Assembly: GCA_965237525.1 (NCBI GenBank)
Contig: CBDEFO010000007.1
Span: 52,796-116,795 of the forward strand
From: Candidatus Latescibacterota bacterium
GTDB lineage: Bacteria > Latescibacterota > CBDEFO01
Direction of reading: 5' to 3'
Length of the DNA: 64,000 bases
The position numbers were made by a program, and so were the translations under genes. The notes under the pieces were generated by a model. That model was not told the DNA's origin. It saw only the letters and a program-made list of their open reading frames with translations, and did no database searches. Position 1 is the first letter of the stretch. Each line of letters begins with the position of its first letter. Below, piece after piece: positions 1 to 12,596 of this stretch.

Positions 1-292
1 GTATTTCGGACTTTTGACCATTGAGCCAAACAGTTAGCTTCCCCGAGTAAACGATCAAACTTTCGTCAAATACTGGATGATGGTGTTCTGTGATTCTTGC
101 TCCCGGAGATAAACGCAGAGCTTTGGATGCCATATTGTCAGTTTCCCAGAGAACTGTACTGGTTAGCTCTCTCTCCTTTGGTTCAGTGAGCTCCGTAACA
201 TCGAAGAGACTGACCTTAAGTTTGCTTTCTGTTTGAGGTGTAGCTCCTATTAGCAGCGCACATACGCCGATGAAGATGATTTTGATATACAT
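1..292 (-). CDS. Secreted cupin-domain protein, 5' part (runs off window start)
   Basis: Manual translation from ATG at 292 (RBS GGAGGTG): MYIKIIFIGVCALLIGA signal-like N-terminus, then cupin motif 'EHHHPVFDESLIVYSGKL'; not in ORF track because truncated. Confidence 0.7.
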   Translation of the reverse strand, partial: MYIKIIFIGVCALLIGATPQTESKLKVSLFDVTELTEPKERELTSTVLWETDNMASKALRLSPGARITEHHHPVFDESLIVYSGKLTVWLNGQKSEI

Positions 293-307
293 ATACACCT
301 CCTCTGT

Positions 308-949
308 TTAGTATTGCCTTGAGGGACAGAGTTCCGCTATATTGCATTCGCGACATTTGGGAGACCTTGCTTGGCAGGTTTTCCTGCCGTGATCTATCAG
401 AAGGTGCGAAAAGAGGGTCCATTCTTCTTTTGGCACGATTTCCATAAGGTCACCTTCGATCTTGTCAGGATTCTGGTTTTCCGTTATGCCGAGTCTCTGG
501 GAGATCCTCTTTACGTGTGTGTCCACCACGACTCCAGGGATGCCGAAGGCGTTGCCAAGGACGACATTAGCGGTCTTTCTGCCGACTCCTCCGAGTTTTG
601 TGAGTTCCTCCATGGTGGAGGGCACCTCTCCGTTGTGTCTTTCTACAATAGCCCCACAGCACATCTTTATACTTTTGGTTTTGTTCCTGAAGAAGCCTGT
701 GGGATGGATTTCCCTTTCAAGTTCCAGGACGTCCACGTCTGCGTAGTCCTGGGCGGTTTTATATTTTTTGAAAAGCTCTACTGTGACCTTGTTGACTCTC
801 TCGTCCGTGCATTGGGCAGAAAGGATTGTGGCTATCAGCAGTTCTAGAGGATCGGAAAAGTTTAAGGCTGTACCTGAGTCGGGGAATTCGCCGTTGAGCA
901 TGGCGATGATCTTTTTTGTGCGTTCTTTTTGGGCTTCTTTACTCTCCAT
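308..949 (-). CDS. nth: Endonuclease III
   Basis: LLIATILSAQCTD, HhH motif LGGVGRKTAN, VDTHV, 4Fe-4S motif CQARSPKCRECNIAELC; RBS GGAGGG precedes ATG at 949. Confidence 0.95.
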   Translation of the reverse strand: MESKEAQKERTKKIIAMLNGEFPDSGTALNFSDPLELLIATILSAQCTDERVNKVTVELFKKYKTAQDYADVDVLELEREIHPTGFFRNKTKSIKMCCGAIVERHNGEVPSTMEELTKLGGVGRKTANVVLGNAFGIPGVVVDTHVKRISQRLGITENQNPDKIEGDLMEIVPKEEWTLFSHLLIDHGRKTCQARSPKCRECNIAELCPSRQY

Positions 950-994
950 TACATTACCCTCCATTAAATTACTCTAATCTACATTTGAGCAGAT

Positions 995-1385
995 CTATCT
1001 CTCCTTGAGTTTTTCTGTGTGCAATCTTAAAAGTTCCACTTCTTCTATCAGTTTTCTCTCCCGAAGGACCCTGTCTACTTTAGCTGACATTTCACCCAGA
1101 CTGAAGGGCTTGACGATGAAGTCGCTGGATCCCTCACGCATGACGTCCATAAAGGTATATTCTTCTCCCAGAGCTGCCATGATGATCACTTCGACGTGAG
1201 CGTTGTGTTCTTTTACTGTTTTGAGGAGTTCTATGCCGTCCATGCCGGGCATTCTGAGGTCAGTTATAACTATATGGAGTAGTCCCCGTCCCTGATAAGC
1301 TGAAAAGCTGAATTTCCATCTGCAGCCACCTGGGTATCGTGCCCAAGGGCCTCCAGAAAATCACCGACCATATTGAGGACACCTG
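995..1385 (-). pseudogene. Response regulator receiver domain, frameshifted and N-terminally truncated
   Basis: ORF 995-1252 has (TDLR)MPGMDG...FIVKPF; the upstream part (VLNMVGDFLEALGHDTQVAADGNSAF) is in another frame with a shift near 1285; the first strand (xxVDD) is missing at a REP-like sequence. Confidence 0.7.
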
Positions 1386-1395
1386 GGTCTGCCCC

Positions 1396-2877
1396 CTAAT
1401 GTCTACTGTCTGATGACGAATCTGTGTTGCGCCTTTCTGTCATATTTCCTATGCTCTTTTTTATTGCCTTTCCTCCTTTTATAACTGTTCTGGAGGCTTT
1501 GACCACGGGTCTGAACCAGAAATGGGCAAACTCCGTAATGCCATCTGCGGGAGTAAAGCCGTCTATGTGTCTCAGGACCCTCATGACGTGTCCTACGGTC
1601 TTAACCTGTGGCTCGTCTATCCTTCGGAGCAGGATCACGGACAGGGACCGGGTGATAGCTGAGAGTATAAAGAGGAAATGCAGCCCGTAGAGGGTGTAGA
1701 AGAAGAGGGAGATTTTGTATTCGATCAGGACCACGGCCAAGGCTCCGCCTATTATAGGTGATAAAGAGCCGGAGATATTCTGGACGAGCTTGTGACTTGA
1801 GATGTACATCGCCTTGTTTTCGTCGGGAGAGAGCTTCAGGACAAGGTTGAACGTGGTAAGCTGCTGTCCTGAGTTGAAACAGCGGACTAGGTGTACAAGG
1901 AAGAGGAGTATATAGCTTCCGGGTGAAACGAAGACCCAGAGTACGGGAAATATCGCTTTTACCGTGGCGCAGAAGGTGAGTATCGGCTTGTTGCCGAATT
2001 TATCTGCGAGGCGCCCCCAAAATCCTACTGCGTATAGACTTGCAATCTCTCCTACGGCTGTCAGGACAGCTATCCAGAGGTAAGGGACTTCGAGATATTT
2101 GATCATATAGACCATAAAGAAGGGACCGGCAAATCCGACGCTCAAGTTCCAGGACATGTCGTACACCAGGAGTCTTCTGAAGGCACTGTTCCGGAAGGGG
2201 AGTCTGAAGGTCTGGAGGAAACTTAATTTCTCACGGCTCTTTACCAGTTTTGGCTCAGGGACAGCCCGTAAGGTTAAAATAGAGGCGAGGCTAAATGCGA
2301 CGCCCGCTGCAAAGATGATCTGAAATCCCAGGATCTCACCTGCCGGCCCCGCTGTTCTCCAGTAGTCGATGAACAATCCGGCCAAGATTCCGATGATAAT
2401 GTCCGAGGCTCCTAACGCCCTTATCCTGCTCGAAAAATATCTGCCCCTTATGCTTTCAGGAATCAGATCTGAAAGCCATGACACCCTGGAGACAAAGCCT
2501 ATGGGGCCTACAAGGCCCGGAAATGCTATAATAATTATAAAGAGCCATATTCTAAGGTTGGGATAAGAACTCGCTACAACCCAGGGGAGGGCAACTATGA
2601 AGATCCTTGGGAGTCTGGAGAGGGTAAAGGAAAGGAGGCAGACTTTTTTTCTGCTTTCTATTCGTTCTATTATGTGATTGCTGAAAATCTGTGTGGAACT
2701 GAAGAGCAAAGGGAGCGAGGACAGGAGTCCTATGTGAAACTCCGATGCTCCTAATGCAAGCGCAAAACCGACTGTAAAGATACTATTGCTTCCCGCTATT
2801 GCCGCCATCGCACCCACCAGCGCGGCCTCGATAAGCAGCAGCTTCATTCCACGTTTTCGTTCCTGCTCTGTAATCAA
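1396..2877 (-). CDS. MFS transporter
   Basis: About 12 hydrophobic segments; MFS motifs 'IPESIRGRYFS' and 'WGRLADKFGNK'. Confidence 0.85.
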   Translation of the reverse strand: MITEQERKRGMKLLLIEAALVGAMAAIAGSNSIFTVGFALALGASEFHIGLLSSLPLLFSSTQIFSNHIIERIESRKKVCLLSFTLSRLPRIFIVALPWVVASSYPNLRIWLFIIIIAFPGLVGPIGFVSRVSWLSDLIPESIRGRYFSSRIRALGASDIIIGILAGLFIDYWRTAGPAGEILGFQIIFAAGVAFSLASILTLRAVPEPKLVKSREKLSFLQTFRLPFRNSAFRRLLVYDMSWNLSVGFAGPFFMVYMIKYLEVPYLWIAVLTAVGEIASLYAVGFWGRLADKFGNKPILTFCATVKAIFPVLWVFVSPGSYILLFLVHLVRCFNSGQQLTTFNLVLKLSPDENKAMYISSHKLVQNISGSLSPIIGGALAVVLIEYKISLFFYTLYGLHFLFILSAITRSLSVILLRRIDEPQVKTVGHVMRVLRHIDGFTPADGITEFAHFWFRPVVKASRTVIKGGKAIKKSIGNMTERRNTDSSSDSRH

Positions 2878-2906
2878 TCCTCAGCCTATCTTCATGAATG
2901 TGTAAC

Positions 2907-3503
2907 AGTTACCACTGGGTCAGGTTCTCAGCCAGAACGCGGTACTGTCCCTCGTGAGCTTGGGGCTGGAGGTGGACTTTCTTCATGTAGTTGAGGGGCC
3001 CCGGCTATGTGTTCAAAGTCCCTGGACAACGCTTCGAGCAAGTGCGCTCCCGGCATGTAGAGCACCCGATTGATCTGGGCAGCGGAAAGATAAGATCTCT
3101 TTCCCTCCACCATATAGAAGTCCAAAATTGACCTTTTCTCCACGTTCTCCCGGAATATGCCTGTCATAAAGAGCGTATAGTCCCTTATGTGTCTCCTTAT
3201 CTCCCACTCCCTGGAGGGATTGAAACTTTCATCTGTGACATCGGAGGACTGAGATGCCTCTATAAGCATTTCCACGACCAGTTCCAGTCTTGTGTCCTCC
3301 GAGTGCTTGATCCGATAGAGCGCGTCGGTGCGGGCAAACCTCGTCAGCATGTCGCAGATATATTCCATTATCTCGGTGTTCCAAATTCTCAACTCCGAGA
3401 AGCTCATCTGTATGAACCTGGAGAAGAAGCGCCTCAAAGACGGTTGGGGGATGTCATCAGGAGAGCCTGATCCTCCCACGTTGAAAGGATTCTCGACTTT
3501 CAT
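2907..3503 (-). CDS. Conserved hypothetical protein divergent from groES (possible C-terminal frameshift)
   Basis: 191-aa ORF (2928-3503) with 'YICDMLTRF', 'RHIRDYTLFMTGIF', 'Y..EGKRSY'; removing one C in the GGGGCCCC run near 2997 gives the tail ALNYMKKVHLQ...LTQW* ending near 2907. Confidence 0.65.
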
Positions 3504-3800
3504 CTTTCATCCGCTCCTTTCAGCCAAATAATATCATCCTTACTGGGGGGTACTATAAAATGTAATTCCAAAAGGCCCCATCGTCAAGTGTTTTCCTGTC
3601 ATCTTCGGGTTGCCTGGCCATAACCGTTGTCATTTGGGCATAGCCCGCAAATTCCGTCGGATCAAGCTGTTGCTTGCCAATTCCTTATGTCGTTGCCAGA
3701 AGTGTCCCTTCGGAGTCTGCTATTTGGGCAAAGTCTTTGAGATCCTCTGAGGTATCCTCTCCTCTGGATTCAAATATTATAGTGATAATATCTTATGTAA

Positions 3801-3859
3801 TATCAAATGTTTATGATTCAGTATCCTCTTACTTTGGAGGCAACGGCATGTGTTTTGCG
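3801..3859 (+). promoter_or_regulatory. Sigma54 (-24/-12) promoter with IHF site upstream of groES
   Basis: CGGCATGTGTTTTGCG at 3844-3859 has GG-N10-GC; TATCAAATGTTTA at 3801-3813 matches IHF consensus WATCAANNNNTTR. Confidence 0.65.
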
Positions 3860-3957
3860 CTGTGATAATCGTAGCACGTAAGCGAGCCATCAAAGATATA
3901 AAGAGGAATTCCGCCATTGTGGCCATGTCTCAAACAATTTAACAATGGAGGTTAAGT

Positions 3958-4245
3958 ATGAAGGTGAGGCCCCTATCAGACAGAATTTTAGTCAAGCGGA
4001 TCGAGGAAGGGGAGGTTCAAAAGGGGGGGATAATCATCCCTGATACTGCCAAAGAGACGCCTCAAGAGGGCGAGGTGATCGCTACTGGTCCCGGAAGGAC
4101 AGGAGACGATGGGAAGCGCATCCCCATGGAACTTAAAGTGGGGAACAGGGTTCTCGTGGGCAAGTATTCCGGCACAGAAGTCAACGTAGACGGTGAGGAG
4201 CATTTAATGATGCGCGAGGACGATGTCCTTGCTGTAATAGAATAG
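3958..4245 (+). CDS. groES: Co-chaperonin GroES
   Basis: [26 protein letters not shown]. Confidence 0.98.
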   Translation: MKVRPLSDRILVKRIEEGEVQKGGIIIPDTAKETPQEGEVIATGPGRTGDDGKRIPMELKVGNRVLVGKYSGTEVNVDGEEHLMMREDDVLAVIE

Positions 4246-4262
4246 GGGAAGGAGGAAAATAA

Positions 4263-5894
<1,632 letters not shown>

Positions 5895-6400
5895 GTAAGT
5901 AGACAGTAGCCCCCGATTGAGTTTCTCGGGGGTGGGCAGTAGACAGGGCAAAACCAAGTAGACAGCAAACAGCAAACAGTAGACAGGGAAGGCACTGCCA
6001 CGTCCCACCCCATCCAAGTGCTTGTCCCCCTTACCAAGGGGGACCACAGGGGGTCCCAGTAGACGGGGCACAGCCTCTCATCCCTGTATGCTGTCTTAAT
6101 AGAATCAGGGTAGAAGGGAAGCCCGGTGTTATCCAAAGCGCCGGGCTTTTTGTTTGCCCGCAACTGGACAGGACAGACAAGAATGTCCGTCCTACCAACA
6201 TATTAACTCTTGTGGGTCACACATTCCTGTCTGACACCGTTGAGGTCGATAGAATCAGAGATTGCTTCCCCCGGATAGATTCAATCGCAGGCGCTCGCAA
6301 TGACGGTGTAGGGGGCTCGCATGAAAGCTATCGGCTTGAAATATGACATTGTCCACGCTGGGGTCATTGCGAGGGGGATGAAATCCCCCGAAGCAATCTC
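5895..6400. repeat. Cluster of mixed short repeats (AGTAGAC heptamers, REP-like hairpins, GTCATTGCGAG/GAAGCAATCTC palindromic element)
   Basis: AGTAGAC/AGCAAAC units 5899-6065; CCCCCTTACCAAGGGGG ~6026-6043; GGACAGACAAGAATGTCCGTCCTAC ~6171-6195; GAGATTGCTTC...CTCGCAATGAC 6258-6304 and GTCATTGCGAG...GAAGCAATCTC 6363-6400. Confidence 0.75.
6119..6155 (+). terminator. Rho-independent terminator after groEL
   Basis: AAGCCCGGTG...CGCCGGGCTT stem followed by TTTGTTT. Confidence 0.7.
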
Positions 6401-6454
6401 GCTCTATTTTGTACGAGAAATACAACCTTCCCGAATCACAAGTTAAAACTCTTG

Positions 6455-6483
6455 TTGACATTTACACTAAAGTTTTATATATT
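6455..6483 (+). promoter_or_regulatory. Sigma70-type promoter (probable native prfB promoter)
   Basis: TTGACA-17 bp-TATATT. Confidence 0.65.
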
Positions 6484-6607
6484 CACTGCAAATTTGTGCC
6501 TTTAGCGAGTCCCGACTTCTTATGAGCTATGGACAGGAGGATCACAAAAATACTTATTAAGATGTGACCCCTGTCACAAGCAAGATAAAGTTGATTTGGT
6601 ATATTAA

Positions 6608-8126
6608 AAGCCTTGTGAAAAACCCTTAGATTCAGAAAGTAGTATAGAACAAGCATTGATAAAGCAGTTCCGATGTATTATATTATGTTATTGATAATAT
6701 TATACATGGAGGAAACAATGACCCCACAAAAGCAGGAACAGACAAATCCGATGTTTCACTATTTTCAGATGGAGGATTTAGTTCCCGAGGATCATATCCT
6801 TCGTCAGATTGATGAGGCAGTTGATTTTTCATTTGTACGAGACGTTGTATCAGATTGTTATTGCCCTGACAATGGCAGACCCGGTATTGATCCTGAATTA
6901 GTTGTTCGAATGATCCTTATTGGCTATCTGTATAATTTGAGTGAGAATCGGCTCTGTCAGGAAGTGGGGATGCATGCGGCATATCGGTTGTTTTGTCATC
7001 AGACATTTGATGATGCGGTTCCGGATAGGAGCACGATCAACAAGCTTCGCAATCACAAGTGGGCATCCAGTGGGTTGTTTGAACGGATAATGCGTCAGGT
7101 AGTCCAGTGTTGCATAGATGTCGGTGTTGTGAGCGGTAAACACCTTAGTGTCGACGGCACTCAGATACAAGCTGATGCTTCAGTGAAAAGTATTGAGCCG
7201 ATAGAACCCCCTTTTTCTCTTGATGATTATCTCAAGGGAATCGGTTTTGAAGGTGATAAGACAAAGGGTAGGTCCGGGCATCCTCAGGATAAAGACTTTC
7301 ATGGTGAAAAGTGGACGAACCAAACACACCGTTCGACTACAGACCCCGACGCGCGCTTATACAGCAAATCGAAGGGCAAAGGGGCTTTTCTCTCGTTTAT
7401 GGGCCATGATCTGATCGACACAAAAAGCAGAGTAATCCTTGAGACTCAGGGCACGCAGGCGACAGGGACAGCAGAGCCCGAAAGTGCCCTTAAGATGGTA
7501 GATGACCTTGAAACATAGACCATGCCCAAAGACATTCAGACACTTAGTGCCGATACCGGTTACGGTTCTGGTAATTTTATCGCTGATGTACTTGACCGGG
7601 GAATCATACCCCATATTCCTCTGCGAGCCGATGAGAAGATTGAACCGATTCCTACATGGAAAAACAAGACAAATTCAGCACATATTCAGGCCGAACGGGA
7701 TAGAAAAGTGCGAGAGGCGAAAGCCAGAAATCATGCACGGTCTATCTCATTAACAGCTGACTACAAACTCTCCCGGAGACTCCGTAAACGCAGTGAACAT
7801 ATCTTTGCTGAAGCCAGGCAACAACACGGTATGGGACGAGCCCGTTATAGAGGACCAGCCTCACTGAATGAACAGTTGAATCTTGTTGCAACAGTACAGA
7901 ATCTCAAGAGGCTTGCATCTTTCATAAGAAGGGGGAAAGCGTCTATGTGTGCCCTGTCTGTCAAAGACAGTGCATCCTGTTCTTCAAACAGCTCCTGTTC
8001 CTTGCTGACCAGAACTCTGATAAGACTATTTTACTTATTCCACAGCAAAACGATACGATATGCTACTCTTTGACCCATAATCGGCGCTTCAGACGCTGCC
8101 TGGGACATAACTATTTCACAAGGCTT
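6608..8126 (+). mobile_element. IS1182-family insertion sequence
   Basis: Terminal IRs AAGCCTTGTGAAA / TTTCACAAGGCTT, flanked by TTAA on both sides (6604-6607, 8127-8130); encodes an IS1182-type transposase. Confidence 0.85.
6718..8073 (+). pseudogene. IS1182-family transposase with in-frame TAG
   Basis: VPEDH, GRPGIDP, PDRST, VDGT, STTDPDA, ADTGY, SEHIFAEA; TAG at 7516-7518, then the same frame continues (ACC ATG CCC). Confidence 0.85.
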
Positions 8127-8148
8127 TTAAGTTGTGCTAATTTCCTAA

Positions 8149-9794
8149 CCCGAATAATTAACGAGAAAAGGCAGGGCATTAATTAAGGGATTGAATTGTA
8201 TTATAGTTAGGTAGTATAATTACAAAAACAATCCCGAAAATTAAAGAGGCACTGCCATGAATGAAGATATACAAGTTTCGCTTAAGTTGAAAGACGTTTC
8301 TGGCAAGAAAGTGACTGTAGATTTCACCGGTGGAGATGTGACATCCGATGCTGGAGTCCTTGCTTTGAAAGAAGTTGCAAAGAAAATTGGGATCATAGAA
8401 CACCTTGCAGAGGCTATAGGTGATGATCGTCATCAAAGCTATGTACAGCATCATATCGGGGAACTCCTGAATCAACGTATTTTTCAGATTATATGTGGTT
8501 ATGAAGATACTAACGATTCAGATTATCTGAGGGCCGATCCTGGGTTCAAGGTCTCCTGCGACAGGCTCCCCTCTGAGGCCCATTTGGCAAGTCAGCCCAC
8601 TATGAGTCGTTTTGAAAACTCCATCTGCTCCAAAGACCTCTACAAAATAGAAGAGGTATTCGTAGATCGGTTCATAGATTCATATGAAAAACCACCAAAG
8701 GGTATCATTCTGGATATTGATGATACTGATGATATTACCCACGGCGCCCAACAGTTGCAATTGTTCAATGCTTACCACAATGACTACTGCTTTATGCCCC
8801 TTTTTATCTTTGAGGGGAAAAGCGGTAAACTTATAACGAGCATCTTACGTCCTGGCAGACGACCTTGTGGCAGAGAAATTCGTGCGATAATCAAAAGATC
8901 ATCAAAAGAATAAGAGCCGCCTGGCCCAAAGTGGGCATCATCATTCGTGGTGATTGTCACTTTGCTTCTTGTGAACTCTACCTGTGGTGCGAAAGCCATA
9001 ATGTCCATTATCTCGTGGGTCTTTCAAAGAACGCCGTACTTAAAGTATACCCTGAATCTGCTCTGAAGACAGCACATCAGAGATATTCTGATTCTGGCAA
9101 GAAGGTACGTGTTTTCAAAGAAGTAGGCTATCAGGCTAGGAGCTGGCACAAACCAAGAAGAGTGATAATAATGGCCGAAGTCTCTGATATGGGCGAGAAT
9201 CTCCGCTTTGTGGTCACCAGTCTGGAAAGCTCCCAACCATCGTTCCTCTATGAAACGGCCTACTGTGGCCGAGGACAGATGGAGAACTTTATCAAGGAGC
9301 ACAAAGTCGCTCTCAAAAGTGGCCGTACATCGTGCCACAGCTTCCTGGCAAACAGTCTTCGCCTTATGCTTCACAGCGCCGCCTATGTTATTCTGCATAG
9401 GTTCACAGAGAAAGCTCTTGCTGGCACCTCCTTTGCCAATGCTCAATTCGATACCATAAGGCTGCGATTACTCAAGATCGGGGCGGAAGTTCGGGAGCTA
9501 AAGACTAAAGTGCATTTCATATTGCCCTCTTCCTACCCATTGAAAGATGTCTTTGCAACGATGTGCAATAAAATAGCTTTCATAACATAGAGTAAGACTT
9601 ATCTGATTTAATTACATAGAGATACTCTTTCACGCAAGGAATAAGCATGTCCTTTTCGGCACTATACGCCAAATCTGATCAGTATTCCAAAGATGCTTTG
9701 CCACTTGCTGTCGCCTTGCACCGCTCAAATATCCAGTTACCCTTTATTCTGAGGTCAAATTCATTTTTTAAACGAAGTTTATGAATTAATCGGG
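8149..9794 (+). mobile_element. IS1380-family insertion sequence
   Basis: Imperfect IRs CCCGAATAATT / AATTAATCGGG; 4-bp direct repeat CTAA at 8145-8148 and 9795-9798. Confidence 0.85.
8257..9590 (+). pseudogene. IS1380-family transposase, frameshifted
   Basis: FTGGDVTSDAG, GYEDTND, LASQPTMSRFEN, LDIDDT, RGDCHF, RGQMENFIKE; split at an A-run near 8893 (ORFs 8257-8913 and 8865-9590). Confidence 0.85.
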
Positions 9795-9816
9795 CTAAAG
9801 ACCGTAAGGAGGCAAA

Positions 9817-10903
9817 ATGGGAGACGAACTGCTGGAAAGTAAACTCGGAGAATGCAGGAAGAAACTGGACAATCTAAGGAGTTATCTTTGACTTAGGTTC
9901 TAAGGAGGAGGAAATATCCCGGTTAGAATCCAAAATGTCAGAGCCGAACTTCTGGAACGACAGAGAGGCAGCTCGAAAGACGATAGACCGCTTCAACGTC
10001 CTTAAGAAGCCCGTTTTGAAGTGGCGGACCTTAAACTCTGAGTACGAAGATCTGGAGGTGCTCTATCAGCTTGATGTTGAAAAGCACGAAGTGGAGGCGG
10101 AACTCGGTAAATTAGAAGATGGCATAGAGGAGTTAGAGCTCCAAAGGATGCTGGGCGGTCAGGACGACCCAAGGGACGCCATACTTACGATCCATCCTGG
10201 CGCGGGAGGGACCGAATCTTCCGACTGGGCCAATATGCTGATGAGGATGTACCTCAAATGGATTGAGAATCACGGCTTTAAAAGCAGCATTTTAGATATT
10301 CAGCCCGGGGACGAGGCAGGCATCAGAAACGCCACTATCGAAGTTAAAGGGGAACACGCCTACGGCTATCTCAAGGCCGAAGCGGGCGTGCATCGGCTCG
10401 TAAGGATTTCTCCCTTCGACGCCAACAGCAGGAGACATACATCTTTTGCCTCCGTCTTTGTCTATCCCGAAGCCGACAGCGAAATCGAGGTAGACATAAA
10501 CGACAAAGATCTTAAGATAGAGACCTTTCGCTCAAGCGGAGCAGGGGGCCAGCACGTCAACAAGACTGACTCTGCAATTAGGATAACTCATCTTCCGACT
10601 GGCATTACAGTTCAGTGTCAGGCGGAAAGGTCTCAGCACAGGAACAAAAGCACGGCGATGAAGGTACTTATGTCGAGGCTCTATCAGCACTATAAGGAGG
10701 AGGAAAAAAAGAAGATGGAGAAGATAGAAAGCCAAAAAAAGAGCATAGAGTGGGGAAGTCAGATAAGATCTTACGTTTTCCATCCCTACAATATGGTCAA
10801 GGATCACCGAACAGGGGTCGAGACGAGCAATACTCAATCTGTCATGGACGGAGAAATAGACGAGTTTATAAGGGAATATCTTATTCAGTACCCAAATGAG
10901 TAA
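9817..10903 (+). CDS. prfB: Peptide chain release factor 2 with programmed +1 frameshift
   Basis: ATG 9817, 24 codons to CTT-TGA-C (9886-9892) preceded by internal SD AGGAG; SPF and GGQ motifs in the downstream frame. Confidence 0.97.
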
Positions 10904-10949
10904 ACTGGTACTCCATACCTTTCACAATATAGATTTTCTAAACGAATCC

Positions 10950-10978
10950 TTGACTTTGTGTCAAGGTTTTCTTATATT
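10950..10978 (+). promoter_or_regulatory. Sigma70-type promoter for lysS
   Basis: TTGACT-17 bp-TATATT; -35 overlaps palindrome CCTTGAC-N5-GTCAAGG. Confidence 0.5.
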
Positions 10979-11083
10979 TTATGGGCTTTAAGAGTCCCTA
11001 GTACTTGCACCATTCTGATCCGTCCGCATGGGGGTATCGAAGAACTTTTGGGCGCAAAACGAAGATTTTGACAGGAGACTGGA

Positions 11084-12580
11084 TTGAACGAAGAGAGGCA
11101 CCTGATAAAACAGAGGCTCGAAAAGTTATTGAAGATTAAGGAGAAAGGAGTAAATCCTTATCCGTACAGATTTGAAGTAACACACTTATCCTCTGAAGTT
11201 ATTAGGAACTCAGAAAATCTGGAGACGTCAAAATCAGCAGTGGCAGTAGCAGGAAGGTTGATGTCTATCAGAAGCCATGGCAAGACCGGGTTTGGACACA
11301 TTCAGGACGAAGACGGAAAGATTCAGATATACTTCCGCAAGGACACCCTGGGCGACGATCAGTTCGGTCTGTATGAGCTCTTTGACATAGGCGATATTGT
11401 AGGCATAAGAGGAAAGGTCTTTAAAACCCGCACGGGAGAGATAACCTTATCGGCTCAGGAAGTGGAGCTTCTCTGCAAATCCATCCGCCCTCTGCCCATT
11501 CCCAAGGATAAGATCCAAGATGGAAGGAGAATAGTCTATGACGAATTCTCCGACAAGGAGCAAAGATACCGTCAACGCTACCTGGATGTGATACTAAACC
11601 CCGACGTTCGGGAGGTCTTCTTAAAGCGGGATCGGATCATCTGGGAGTTGGAAAAGTATCTCCGCGAAAAGGGGTTTGTAAGGATGGAAACACCGATACT
11701 TCAGCCGCTCTACGGCGGAGCATCGGCAAGACCCTTTACCACCTATCACAACGCCCTTGGTCTTACGCTCTACCTTCGAATCTCCGACGAACTCTATCTC
11801 AAACGTCTCATTGTGGGGGGCTACGGTAAGGTCTACGAGTTTTGCCAGGATTTCCGAAACGAGGGGATGGATCGGGAGCATAATCCAGAATTCACACTTT
11901 TGGAACTATATCTGGCTTACGCGGACTACAACGATATCATGGAGATAGCTGAGGAGATGATCTCTCAGACTGCGGAGGAGGTAGTTGGCTCCATGCAGGT
12001 CGAATACCAGGGCCAAAAGATAGATTTTTCGCCTCCCTGGAATAGAGTCAAGATGTCTGACGCGATTAGGGAGCATACGGGACTCGATCTATTTGGCTCT
12101 TCAGAGGGGGACTTGAAGAGTATTTGTAAGGACCTGAATGTGGAGGTAGATTCGAGCATAGGAGTCGGTAAGATGATAGATAAGATCTTCGACCAGTACG
12201 TCAAAGATCACCTCGTACAGCCCACGTTTATAACGGACTATCCCCTGGAGACGGCGCCCCTTGCCAAAAGGCACAGAGATGACCCCCTCTTAGCAGAGCG
12301 CTTCGAGCCTTTTGTCTGTGGAATGGAGATAGGAAACGCCTTTTCGGAACTGAATGACCCGATAGACCAAAAAAAGAGGTTCGAAGAGCAGATGAGGCTG
12401 AAAGAGCAGGGCGATGAGGAGGCTCAAGTCCTGGACGAGGACTATATAAAGGCGATGGAGTACGGGATGCCTCCCACTGGAGGATTGGGAATAAGCATAG
12501 ATAGATTGGTGATGTTGCTCACAGACTCTCCATCTATAAGAGACGTTATCTTATTTCCTCAGATGAGGCCCGAAGGGTAA
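11084..12580 (+). CDS. lysS: Lysine--tRNA ligase (class II)
   Basis: RYRQRYLD, GGASARPF, FRNEG, HNPEFT, EYGMPPTGGLG. Confidence 0.97.
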   Translation: MNEERHLIKQRLEKLLKIKEKGVNPYPYRFEVTHLSSEVIRNSENLETSKSAVAVAGRLMSIRSHGKTGFGHIQDEDGKIQIYFRKDTLGDDQFGLYELFDIGDIVGIRGKVFKTRTGEITLSAQEVELLCKSIRPLPIPKDKIQDGRRIVYDEFSDKEQRYRQRYLDVILNPDVREVFLKRDRIIWELEKYLREKGFVRMETPILQPLYGGASARPFTTYHNALGLTLYLRISDELYLKRLIVGGYGKVYEFCQDFRNEGMDREHNPEFTLLELYLAYADYNDIMEIAEEMISQTAEEVVGSMQVEYQGQKIDFSPPWNRVKMSDAIREHTGLDLFGSSEGDLKSICKDLNVEVDSSIGVGKMIDKIFDQYVKDHLVQPTFITDYPLETAPLAKRHRDDPLLAERFEPFVCGMEIGNAFSELNDPIDQKKRFEEQMRLKEQGDEEAQVLDEDYIKAMEYGMPPTGGLGISIDRLVMLLTDSPSIRDVILFPQMRPEG

Positions 12581-12596
12581 ACAAGTAGACAGTAGC

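Noticed and set aside
5895-6400. Repeat cluster as a CRISPR array
   Set aside because: No constant-length repeat/spacer periodicity and no cas genes
6522-6560. 12-codon ORF MSYGQEDHKNTY in the putative prfB leader
   Set aside because: No RBS and no regulatory codon pattern
7516-7518. In-frame TAG in the IS1182 transposase as possible amber recoding
   Set aside because: TAG is a normal stop in many genes here (groES, skp, pyrE) and no pyl genes are present; a nonsense mutation is simpler
9886-9892. In-frame stop early in prfB
   Set aside because: Canonical autoregulatory CTT-TGA +1 frameshift; neither a pseudogene nor novel
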